A stretch of DNA of 64,000 bases from Asterias rubens (Eukaryota): assembly GCF_902459465.1 (NCBI RefSeq), contig NC_047066.1, positions 3,596,001 to 3,660,000 of the forward strand, in the 5' to 3' direction. Made by a program: the position numbers and the translations under genes. Each line of letters begins with the position of its first letter. Within the stretch, counting starts at the first letter, position 1. Shown in pieces: positions 1-11,958 of the stretch. The notes under the pieces were generated by a model that did no database searches, had not been told where the DNA came from, and saw nothing but the letters and a program-made list of their open reading frames with translations.

Positions 1-264
1 ACAGGGGGATGCTCTATCAGTAAATCTTATAATAGCTCACATTCCAATCCGTGATCTGACAGACAGTCCTTTGATAAATGACTCTTCACATGTTTTGGGG
101 TTCAGGGTTGATAAAAGTACACAGCAGGCATGATTTTAAAATAATGCAAATACTAAGCATGTTCAGTGCAAAATATGTTATGTTATAACACAGATTAGGA
201 ATCAATAGTGAGGCTAATGCTGAAAGAAAAAAAAATACATTATTTATTACTCATAGAACATCTT

Positions 265-652
265 TTAAAGACACTGGACACTATTGGTAATTGTCAAAGA
301 CCAGTCTTCTCGCTTGGTGTATCTCAACATAATATGCACAAAATAACAAACCTTTCAGAATTTGAGCTCAATTGGTCGTCGAAGATGCGAGATAATAATG
401 AAAGAAAACAAACGTTGTCACTCGAAGTTGTGTGCTTTCAGATGCTTTATTTCGAGACCTCCAATTCTAAATCTCAGGTCTCGAAGTCAAATTCGTGGAA
501 AATTACTTCTTTCTCGAAAAGTACTCCACTTCAGATGGAGCCGTTTCTCACAATGTTTTTTACTACCAACCTCTCCTCATTACTTGTTACTAAGTAAGGT
601 TTTATGCTAATAATTATTTTGAGTAATTACCAATAGCGTCCACTGCCTTTAA
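265..652. mobile_element. TTAA-flanked ~390-bp MITE, family 1 (Kolobok-like)
   Basis: TIRs AGACACTGGACACTATTGGTAATT / AATTACCAATAGCGTCCACTGCCT with TTAA at both ends; about 14 related copies in the window. RR...YY termini plus TTAA fit Kolobok rather than piggyBac (recalled rule). Confidence 0.8.
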
Positions 653-1810
653 GCTTTAGTCAAAAAATGGTATAAAAGAGTCAGAATGTGCATACACATT
701 TCCAAATCAACAACCAACATGGATATTTATGCATCAGAGCAAGTAAATTTGTACAGGCCAGACACTGTAATTCAACCCAAAAATGTGAAAACACTTCAAT
801 TTTATGTGCAAAGAGGCTAAACAATGGGTGGCCATGTGTTTTGATGGTTCTTATTTGTACTGCAACCTTAAGTTAATGCAGTTCCTTTTCATGTAGCTCT
901 AGGGTTTGGTTTACTACAATGTATGACGGTGTACAATAATTTAGGGAAGTTGCAATTACTTAGTAGTACAAAACATTGTTGTACAGTGCAACGTTATACT
1001 TTTTGGTGGGGGCCTGCACAATGTACATTGTGGATTTTCAGGTGGTTCAGGCGATGCGGCAGAAAAACAACAGTGAGTACCGAGCAGAAAATTGTATTTT
1101 TTTGACGATGTTTTTAATTTCACTCAACAAACAGGAAATACAAGCGTTATGGATGTATATTGAGAATGTAGGGAAAGTTTTGGTAGTGTAGTACAAAAGA
1201 AACTTCAGTTATTGCTGACTAACGGGCGTAAAACTTTCACCTATCAACGCTGATTTGAAAAACGTATAGCGTTAAAGAGGCCCAAAATACTAGTCCCCTA
1301 TAAGGCTCACAGGGGAGCCTTATAGTTTCTAGAAGTAGGATCAAGTCCACCCCGTCAGCCTATTCCATAATATTCTTGGATCAATTTCACTCAAACCCAA
1401 GCCAAACAATAAATAATAATTTCAACTGCTTCATTTCAATGTTATGTTAATGTTAGTCTCGCTCTTCTTAGCATTAAATAATCAAATAATTAAATTTTGT
1501 TTTTCAAATTCAACCTTTTCTCTATGAATGATTGGAAAAGTTTCCGTATGACGCCACCACTTTTTCTTTCGATATGAAATAATATAGTATAATTTACCTC
1601 AATGAGGTATCCCTTTTTGTAAAAATTAGTGAAAAAGTGGTAGCAACTACGGAAACTTATCCGAATGAATCAACAGAACATGTTCATCATGTTTTTTATT
1701 ATATCAGATTCAAATGATATATTGATTATTGATAAACAACTCATTAAGAATCGTTGTTTGTACTGAGCATGGGTAACTACCTCCATGGATAACTCATAGA
1801 TGGAGGTAAA

Positions 1811-2146
1811 AATAAATAATAATAATAATATCGAAGTCTTATATAGCGCACGTATCTACCAAACAAGGTACTCAAGGCGCTGAGTATATACAAACTTTCA
1901 GAAATATAGGTTATTGCAGTGATGGATTCTGAGACCCAATTATGTAGCACTTATAAGGGTTTACAAGGTGCTACGGCGCATGAAGCAGCCACAACCAGGA
2001 ACACCGGGGCGAACCCCTTCTCTTTTCGATAGTGCACTGGGTTCTTTTACATGCGTTACACAACACATGGGACCAATGGCTTTAAGTCCCATCCGAAGGA
2101 CGAAGCAATGGTAAAGTGTCTTGCTTAAGGACACAAGTGTCACGAC
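1811..2146 (-). mobile_element. 5'-truncated copy of the same SINE
   Basis: Reverse complement of 54440-54774, including the TAA tail. Confidence 0.82.
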
Positions 2147-4403
2147 TACCGCTGTTTCATAGCTGGAGGGGTGTTGTGTTCAAAGAACTCACTGAACAAT
2201 TATAATTTTTGCATTTATCTTACTTTTTGACCCAAAGTGTTGATGTTTTTTTACCGAAAAGGTATTTATGAATGGGAATCAAAGTGTGTTGAATCGGTTT
2301 TTAACTAGTGGTTTAAACCCGCCGAGGCCTTGTTTTTATAACAGGCATGCAACTGCCTGTTGAAAAAAAAAGAGGACAATTTTCAAAGGCACATCGCAAG
2401 TGCGGAGCGAGGCAGCCGAAGTGCCACGGGACATGATACCCACAATGGTACCCTAGAAAATGTTGAGGTTTATTATGCTCTTAGGTGCATTGTAATGTTA
2501 GCATGTACTAGGCTTATTTTACATGATGGTAGTTGTACACTGTTGTTGCCAGATAGGCCTAGTATTAGGCTAACATTTTTAACAAACAAAAATCTGGGAA
2601 AAAAAACATGACCTTTGCACTTGTTACAGTTACACAAAGAGCATACTGAGCTTTTCCCCCAAAAGATCAAACAGCCTAACTAAACACTACAGTATCCTGG
2701 TGTCATGTGTTTTCAGTAGGATACCAGGAAAATTGTTCACAATCAAAAACTAAATTTTTTTTTTTCATATCATCTATCCAATTTTTTAACAATAACCATT
2801 TCACTTCATGGTGTGTTGAAATTTTGAAAGTTTTGGTTTTACGTTGCGAGAGACAGTCCGCCATCAACAGTGCTTATGCATGCACGACATTGGAGCAATG
2901 TCATATGTTTTCAAAATGTCATATGTTTTCACACCTGTCATTGGTTGGTATTTTATTGAATATTCAGAAGCTAGTATGGCGTGCAAAATAAATCAAAAAT
3001 ATTATTCAATTACTACTTAACAAATTTAATTACATTTTTGTCCTAGGGCATTATGGCTACTATATTAAAATCCAGAGATATCATAAGGCATGAAAGTAAA
3101 ACACCCCACCCCTCCTTGATGCACTCACACTTCATAACAATCCTTTTCCCCTCATTTCAGACCAGTAATGTTTGGTTTCAGGAGATAAGAAACCAATCTA
3201 TGATATTTTCTCTTTAATGTAGACTTAATATTTATTACGCTTATCGGAATTTATTACAGTATGCAGTAAATCAACAACAAATTTTTTTTGTTATTTTCAC
3301 TTCAAATATTTTAATATTTTCCCCACATTTGCACACCATAGAATCCCAAATAGTAACCACCTCACGTGATCCATCTAGTGACTAAAGCAGAATGAAACTC
3401 AATCTAGCAGATAGTAATTTTGTTTTGAACTTTCGAGGTTGGATGATGTTTCTTTGACTCATTTGAATGTTGGCATGCACCTAGTTAGTGATTAGTACCA
3501 AAAATCAATCATTTTATAAATGTTTGAGCATAAGCAACGACAGGAAACTTTATTCTCAGCATGATTAAGCCTGATGAAAATACAGACCGTGAGTAAACTG
3601 CATAGCTTCTGTCACCGGTGCAGCTTGCACAATTTCGCGGTAAACGGGAATCAAAGTTGGGGACCGAAAACATATGAGGGTCGATAACGTATGACGCTAC
3701 GATAGGTCAATTTAATAGGACGACTTGTCTTTAAAATGAAAATGAAAATACTCCACACGTCAAGTTGTCAACCAGTCAAAGGTTGAGTTGTCCTTATGTG
3801 ATTGTGAATGAGTCACAACAATACAAAACAAGATAAAATTACTAAACATATAGGCCGACATGACTACATGGTAAATCATTAAATGAGGCGTCATGAAAAA
3901 AATAATTACCTGGAAAACTTGCTGAACAAGAACGAGTGGACCCTCTTCTCTCTCGGCCATTTTTCCACAGCTTCTCACCTGGCTTATGTTATCATTATGC
4001 AGGTAGTAGTGACTCGAAGAAAAACATGAGTAAAGGGAGGATGTCCCCAATTAAAGCTGGAAAATTTCTCAGAACCATACGCAAGCACACGATGCACGAT
4101 ACATAATTGACGATACACGGCGGACGGACGTACTGACAAAAATTTTGCTCTGCATGTTTTGGCTGGTGACCTCTGCTGTTATTTTTCCAGTGGGTAACAA
4201 AACAATTTCCACGGATAAAATCGAATGAAATAAAATAAAATAAAGATGACAGAAATAAGGGTTAAAATGACACACATAGGTCTTTGATCTTGATAATTAA
4301 ACTTTAAAATTTTAAATAAAGAGACTTTTCCACCTTACTTTATCGATATTAATAAATTAGATCCACTGGAAAATAAACTGCATAATGGATGTGCAAACAT
4401 AAC

Positions 4404-4417
4404 CCGGAAGTGATTGG
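4404..4417 (+). promoter_or_regulatory. ETS/GABP-type site (CCGGAAGTG) abutting a reverse CCAAT box (ATTGG), ~150 bp upstream of the SBDS ATG
   Basis: Motifs read directly at 4404-4412 and 4413-4417, in a position typical of housekeeping promoters. Function is inferred. Confidence 0.45.
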
Positions 4418-4559
4418 TTGTTTTGCCGGGGCCGGGGTCGATGTCACAATTTGACCCAGAAAGTACACATGCGTATAAGAATTTCATCAAATTGGTTGTC
4501 TATCTATTTGCGTTGCAAAAATATTTACTGATTTTCACGAATTGCGTTCACCGATCAAG

Positions 4560-7328
4560 ATGGCAGGAATTTTCACGCCGACAAATCAGATCCGACTTAC
4601 AAATGTGGCGATTGTGAGGATGAAAAAGGGCGGTAAAAGGTTTGAGATAGCCTGCTACAAAAACAAAGTGATGTCGTGGAGAAATAAAGTGTAAGTTTAC
4701 ATACGCACGTACACAAACAACTTACAAGTGATTGCGCAATCGAATCACCCAAAGCAAATTGTACCTCCATGGTACAACTGAACGGATTACAACAATTTAT
4801 AGAAATTATGACCTTTGTTATCGATCATAATCTTAACACCTGTGTCCGGCATGTCCAGCTTTATTATATTTTTTTTAATGATATTTTATTGTTCAATCTT
4901 TTATTTAAAATTAAATCAAACTAAAAAAAAATAAAAAAATGTGGAATTTTAAATTAAATGTACATGGATGTATCATTTACTCTACCTCTACTCTACTGTC
5001 CTTACTTCATGCATGGAGGCCATGCTTCATGGTACTACTGTACGTCTTGAATATATATTTTTTTATGGACATTTTTGTTTAATTCAATTTGACGTGATGG
5101 TAGATTGATTACTGTTAAACCTCTAAGACAAAATTAATGTAATTTTAATGAAAATTTAGGTGGCATACATACAAAATAATGGCATGTGATTGCGATAATA
5201 TATAGTTGCAGTTATTTTTCTGTTATTATAAGTAAGTGACCGTTACTCACCTTAGTGCTGTTCGGGGGTGGGGGGGGGGAGCTTGATGGGCTGGTGATGA
5301 TGATGAGGCGCTAAGGCTGGTGGTTTTTAGACACCTTGAAGTCACTTTAAGTGACCTTGATTGAGCGAGGTGCACAACAATTTCTGATGTTTGTTTTTTT
5401 CTTTTTCTTTTTAATTAAACGTTGGGTTGGCTTAATGAATAACTAATACTATCCTATTAGACCTGAGTATAATTCTAATAATGATTTTATCCTTTCTCGA
5501 CACTGACAGAGAGAAAGATATTGATGAGGTTCTGCAGACCCACACCGTATTCACCAATGTATCAAAAGGACAGGGCGCTAAACGAGAAGACCTCGTCAAA
5601 GCATTCAGCACTGAAGACCAGACGGAAATATGCAGACAGGTAACAAAATGATTATTTCCTTGTCCCCCCAGGCCCTAGACAAAGGTGGCAGCCTACCCCT
5701 TGAGGAAGGGAAATACACTCAATGATAATCATGATTCACCCATCTCACAATATGCAAGAGTTGGAGGGTAGGCCATCTCCATGGGTGATGAATAATAATA
5801 ATAATAACCCATTTTTATATAGCGCTTTTCACACCCGTAGGGCGTCCCACAGCGCTTCACATTATTACCCCCTGGTCACTGGGCCTTAATTCACTCCTTA
5901 AACCATCTCAGCTCCCTGGTGGGGAGTATACAGCCTTGTGCAACATTAATATGCGCTACTCGGCTAAATCGATCACAAGAACCATCTCTGCCCTCACAGG
6001 TACCCATTTACCCCTGGGTGGAGAGAAGCAATTAAAGTTAAGTATATTGCTCAGGGACACAAGTGTCAGGACCGGGATTCAAACCCACACTCTGCTGAAC
6101 AGAAGCACCAGAGCTTGAGTTCGGTGCTCTTATCCACTCGGCGATGACACCAACATGTTGGTAATGCAAAAGTTCTCAATCAGTACAGAGTTAGGTTTCT
6201 GATCTAGTACACTAGCCAACAACTGCTGTGTTGTAACAATAGTACGATATGTTTTTCATTGTAAGATTTGAGGCATTGCATGGCGAGGTCAAAAATTTGG
6301 TTTGTGGTAACACCATGTGATCTACTTGCCAGGTAGATTTTGTTCTTTTGATAACTTGTCTTGTTTTTCATTGTTGTAAAACCTTATATTGGATGGTTAT
6401 TTTTCTTCTTTTATTTATGCTGCAGATCTTGGCCAAGGGTGAGCTGCAAGTCTCTGAGAAGGAGAGACAACAGCAGCTAGAGTCAATGTTTCGTGATATT
6501 GCCACCATCGTGGCAGAGAAGTGCGTTAACCCGGAGACCAAGAGGCCATACACGGTTGGGATGATCGAGCGAGCTATGAAGGATATTCACATATCTGTCA
6601 AGCCTAATAGAGGAACAAAGCAGCAGGTTTGTTTGTTTGTTTGTTTGTTTGTTTGTTTAGATTGTTTTCATTTGCACAACTTGAAAATACATTAAATAAT
6701 AACAGTTAAAATAGTAATGAAAAATGTAATAATTAAGGTACAAACAGAAGTAACATCAACAGGAGGTGTAACCCTCATGCAGTGGAGTACCCAGACTGCT
6801 ATAGGTTCAAAAATATATCAATTGCATCTGAAAATGCATACAAAAACCAAAAATAAAATATAGCAGGTGTTCCTTTTCTGGCCTAGAAGCAGTTCACATC
6901 AACTCTGAGTCATGCCATTAATGGCACCATTCAAAAACCTGCAATCTGCTAGGTTCTGAAGGGTTGTGTAATTGACTCTCTGTACATATTCCACTGAAAG
7001 ATATACACTTGACCAATGGTGTTTTATACATGTGTAACATGTACAATATGTGTAGTCACCATCGAAGTGAACTAACCAAACATCGGATGAGAGAAAAATC
7101 AAATGGTCCTCCATTGGGATTTGAACCCAAGACCCCTGACACTCCAGGCAGATGCTCTTACCAACAGTGATGTGCTCGGAAAGGACTTGTGCGTTATGAC
7201 AACGTGCTACATCTTGCAGGCTTATTTGTTCAAATGATTCTTGTATGACCTTATGACCTTAGTCTTGTTTTCAAGTGTTCTGCGCCTCTGATCATTTTGT
7301 ATGTAAGGGGTGCAATATAAATTTTAAA

Positions 7329-7371
<43 letters not shown>

Positions 7372-7526
7372 TTTTGGTTTTTACCCATATACACCGATGT
7401 GTGTAGCACTGTATACTCAGTACTTTCCCCGAGTCCTGTGAAAAAAATCACAGGCATTTTACTCCGGTGGGATTCGAACCCACGACCCTTGCAATTCTAG
7501 AGCAATGTCATACCAACTAGACTAAA

Positions 7527-7559
<33 letters not shown>

Positions 7560-8625
7560 AGACGCTCCGTTTGAATAGTCACAAAAACATGCAGTCAAGA
7601 AAAAAAACTACAACACAAACCACTTGCTGACAGAGGGCATTATAACTCCTGTAACCAAAATCACAGTGATATTGGTTTGTTGATTCTTGTATGACCTTAT
7701 GACCTTAGTCTTGTTTTCAAGTGTTCTGCGCCTCTGATCATTTTGTATGATAGTGATATTGGTTTGTGGGGTGATAGTGGTTACACACCGACCTTTTGGA
7801 AACGAAGACCGGGAAGGCAACACATGCTCAACGTCTGTTTGGAGATAATGAAGGCATGCTGCGACCAAGCCAAATCTCAACACTTGCCCAAGATCAGTGT
7901 AGTTGACATATACAGTAGACAGAAACTTGTAGTCGCCTGCTCCGCAGCTGAAGGATGATGATTGGTTAATTTTTTGTTGTGACCAAGACTAGTAATATGA
8001 CCTTTGCCCTTTTTTCTGCAGGCACTTGATGTCATCAAGAAGTTCAAGGAGACGGAAACTATGCCTATTGATCGCGCCCAGATGAGACTGAAGATCTTGC
8101 TTCCCATCAAAGAGGGCAAAAAAATCAAGACCAAATTGAAAACGATGATAAAAACGATGGAACGAGAAGAGTTTGGAGAGCAGCTTGAGATGGTAGGTCA
8201 TTCTATGGGTGGTTGTTGTTCCTTGCTATCAACAGCAACTTGTGGAATTTAAAGACACTGGACACTATGGGTAATAGTAAAATTTTCACAGGTTTGTTAT
8301 TTTATGCATATGTTGAGATACGCCAAGTAAGAAGACTAGTCTTTGACAATTACCAAAGGTTTCCAGTGTCTTTAACAGCTTTATGAAATTGTATTGACCT
8401 ATGTATTGACCTATCTGGTTTAAAAAATTATTGTGGGCCATTTCAACTGGAAGTTATGTCAGCCAACGAGTTTAAGACTCTTCCATTTGTTTGCAGGTGT
8501 GTCTTGTGGATCCTGGCTGTTACAGAGAGATGGAGGATCTGATTCGCTCATCCACCAAGGGCCAGGGCGTCATCGAAGTCCTTGATCTTAAAGATGTCGA
8601 GGAAGGAGACGAAAAATTAGAATGA
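4560..8625 (+). CDS. SBDS: Ribosome maturation factor SBDS, 5 coding exons: 4560-4690, 5510-5639, 6426-6626, 8022-8192, 8497-8625 (762 nt, 253 aa)
   Basis: Spliced translation [37 protein letters not shown]...[11 protein letters not shown]...[11 protein letters not shown]...[10 protein letters not shown] matches the SBDS family end to end. All introns are GT-AG with consistent phases. Exon sizes 131/130/201/171/129 mirror the human layout as recalled (128/130/201/165/129). Confidence 0.97.
5791..6151 (-). mobile_element. Related tRNA-Leu-headed SINE subfamily in SBDS intron 2
   Basis: Minus-strand head GTGTCATCGCCGAGTGGATAAGAGCACCGAACTCAAGCTCTGG...GGGTTTGAATCC with a different body and a TAA tail. 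Confidence 0.75.
7331..7557. repeat. (TTA)n microsatellites (7331-7368 and ~7527-7557); a (GTTT)n run also lies at 6627-6658
   Basis: Read directly from the sequence. Confidence 0.9.
7376..7523 (-). mobile_element. Short tRNA-derived SINE family 2; further copies at ~22455-22620, ~30790-30948, ~35105-35275 (+) and ~42013-42165
   Basis: B-box GTGGGATTCGAACCC on the plus strand, with shared TACACCGATGTGTGT and CTAGAGCAG blocks. Confidence 0.65.
8249..8375. mobile_element. Internally deleted copy of MITE family 1 in SBDS intron 4
   Basis: Both TIRs and TTAA flanks are retained; only ~120 bp long. Confidence 0.7.
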
Positions 8626-11189
8626 AGAGGGGAACAAATCTCGGCATAAAGTCTCTCTTGCCGAAATTATAATCACATGAGGATGTTTCTTAATACTCCT
8701 TTACAAATGAGGCCGCTGCGGGAATTGGTCTCTGGGACCAGACTATTTCATGATGTTGGAATTTGATGGGAGCAGTGAGCTATCTATTTTGAAATGATAG
8801 TGTCTTGTAAGTCTTGTCCCCTGACCTTAAGTAAAACTAAAGGTTACTACAGCGGGTACAGTTTTAACAATGAACTGCACAAACCTGAGATGTTGTTTGG
8901 AATCTAGGCTTTGGTATTATTTAGTTCAAGAAATCAACTGCATGAAAAGTATTGCGTAAAAGCTCAAATTGCATGCATCGCAAGTTTTATCAGAATTGGC
9001 ACATTGTGAGGCCTGTATGCTTCGTTTTGGAAAGGGCAAGGGCACCAAGGCTTGTTCTCCTTGGTAAAAGGCATCCTATGAGGAAATTGTAAGTTTATAC
9101 TGGATCATTTTAAGGGCAACAAGGCAAGGACCAGGAGGCATGGAGGCAATCGCCTCTGTGGCCTCCATGAAGTATCGGGCCTGAATGTAGAATCAAATTG
9201 GTGACAAGGTACACCTTTATCTATACTTAATTTAAAGTCTGAGGCTGCGGTTATTTCTCTGCATCAGCCATGCAGAACTCCCCGGCAGATTTGTTATCAC
9301 ACGCTCTAACTTACAATTTCATGATTGTAGGCTAATGACGGAGGTTTATCCACAAGAGGGCGCTGTTTCAGCCAATAATACATCGGCTATCAGGATGACA
9401 AAACCGCACGATCACAGACTTGGAACCAAGTTTAACCCTTATCCTATGTTGTATTCAATGCATTCATAAGGGATGAAAAACTGGGACTGAATCAAGTGAC
9501 TTCAGCTATCAGCCATAGCCACTGTCAAAGCCATTAATTTGGACACAGCCTCAGATCCCAAAATAAACCAAACCATAACCTTGCTTTAATTTGATGGATC
9601 TACAAATGACATGTTTTCACAGATTTGTAATTTTTGGCATACACCAAGAGTGTTCGGAATACTGCGGTGCATTTTGGCGGTCTGGCGGTCGTAACCAATA
9701 ACTGTTTTCGGTCAACCGCCAGTGATCAACCAATGGCAAGTTCAACTTAAACAATACCAAAATTGTACAATTACCTTTAAGCCATTGTATAGTAGTCTGT
9801 TGGTGATGGCTTTCTTAAATTTTATTTAAAAGTCTGTGGAAGAGGAACATTTGAAGGTTTCAACCTGATATTGAAGCAATACATCAGCTGCAATACATTC
9901 TGAAATCTGATCTGAAGTTCTTCATGGATTTTACATTTTGTTCAAATTTACTTGATAGGTAGAATAAAGAGATTTTATTGTATTATTTATCATTTTTGTC
10001 AAGCACTGGTCACTTAGTGAGATTATTCATACTGTAAAAATCGCAGTGTAATGACGTTTGGTCTGAAAGACAAAGGTTAGAGGACAAAAAATGCAATCCT
10101 TTACAATAATTTGATTTGATAGTATGGGTGCTGGAAAATGCAAGAAATATGTGGTTACAAATTTTGCTGCAGGAGGTTAATTATTTTTCGCTGGACTTGG
10201 GGATTTATTTAGTTTTGGTTCAAGATGCACCTGTTGTTTATCTTCATCGTTGATAGAGGGCGCTGTTGACTACGAACGGTTTATCATCCCGAGTGAACCA
10301 CGCATTGAACCAAGACTATAATTTAACCTGCTTCTTAATAATAATAATAATAATAATAAGACTTTTAATTCTTCAAAGTAAAGTGTTCTTTAAAAATATT
10401 ATAAAAAATAAAAAAACGTAAGAGAAGACAAATTTAGCATAACGTTTTAATGGTATTTTTACAGGTCTGGTTGGTGGGTGTTTTCTGTGATACTCAGTTT
10501 TTTATGATTTGAATATTATCACTCATAAACTATTACTATGTAGCATAATAATTTGTCAAAATATTTTGTCACACTGATTTTTTAAACAAATTAATGAGTT
10601 ATTAAAAAAATGTTTAAGAATTAAATTCTTATGATTATACAAATACAATGTATTGACAGTTTTGTAACCAGTTTGTAGCCTACCTCTGGTTGTACCCTAG
10701 CTGACGTCACACTTCGAGGTTCGAGAATAACCCCAGACCAGCACTGAGCGCCTGGCGGGATGCATTTTTTATGCACAACGAAATTGCCACTGTCGTAGTG
10801 CTTTTCAAACGGAACTTTGTTTCTAAATCGATTTAAAAAAGGGAATCCTTAAAAATAAAAAAAAACATGTTGAGGACGGCAATTATAATGTGCAGAAAAA
10901 ACCCTGACCGTCAGATAAACCTTTGACCTAGCGTCAATTCACACGGCGGAGATTCATAGTATTCTCACACGTGTACACACATTACACTGAATAAAACATT
11001 ACAAAGTACACGCGCACAGCAGCAGACGATCAAAAAGTTCCTGCTGATGACGTTTATTCGGAGCAGACCAATCATAATACAGATATATGGAAAGCTTACA
11101 ATACGTCACTACACGTTTAGTGAGTGTACACCACTCTCCTTTTATGTGTGCCCTCCCGATCCCTTTAGTGTGTTTTAAACAAGGTATCT

Positions 11190-11520
11190 CTCAACGAATC
11201 ATCTTCAAGCTGATGCTCATTGTCCACAAAGGCAAGGCTCCCCTCTATATTTCTGAACTTCTCCAAGTTTACACTCCATCAAGAAATCTTCGATCAAGTT
11301 CCATGCTTCTTCTCATTGAACCCAAGTCTCAACACTCATGGGGAGACAGGTATATTTCTTCAGCTGCGCCACGCATCTGGAACTCTCTACCACTTAATCT
11401 TAGAACTTGTCTTTGTACCACAACATTCAAATCTCTTCTCAAAACTCATCTTATGTCACAGGTTTTCAAGGACTAATTTTGGTTGTGTCTGTTTTTTTCT
11501 TTGTTTTGTTTTTGTTTTGT
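11190..11520 (+). mobile_element. 3' fragment of an L2/CR1-group LINE (end of ORF2)
   Basis: Translation ...APLYISELLQVYTPSRNLRSS...SAAPRIWNSLPLNLR...FKSLLKTHL is typical of the L2-clade ORF2 C-terminus; a T-rich tail follows. Confidence 0.75.
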
Positions 11521-11958
11521 TTTGTTTGTTGTTGAAAACTGAAAAAACGCCCAGAATGGATTGACGGCCCAGCCAGGCGCGTAAGACACGACGTGCGTCT
11601 GAAGCACCCTTTGAAACGCGCACATTGAGACATTCATGCGCGCACGCATTAATCATCGAAACAAATGAAACGTCATAATATCTGGATAAAGAAACAAAAA
11701 GGCGGCGTCAAAACTACAATTATGACGTAACGTCATTAGAGACGAGGTAAATAAAAACGAGTGTTGGGAAGATGGAATAAAAACAAAAGGGAACACCCAT
11801 GCACTTCTAAAATGAATCAAGTATAAAACTTTGTGGTGGCAGTCGAAAGTGTTAGCTTTGGTACGTCACTCCGTTTTTGGAAACAATATTATCATTATTC
11901 GTTTTACGATGGTAAAATTAAACCAACTGTTAGCCTGAAAAGGGAGGCACTGGTACGA

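Noticed and set aside
208-610. Recurrent ORFs of the type MRDNNERK.../ENYFFLENY... (also 12976, 14548, 37336, 40684, 59680)
   Set aside because: Chance frames inside copies of the non-coding MITE family 1; the frames differ between copies.
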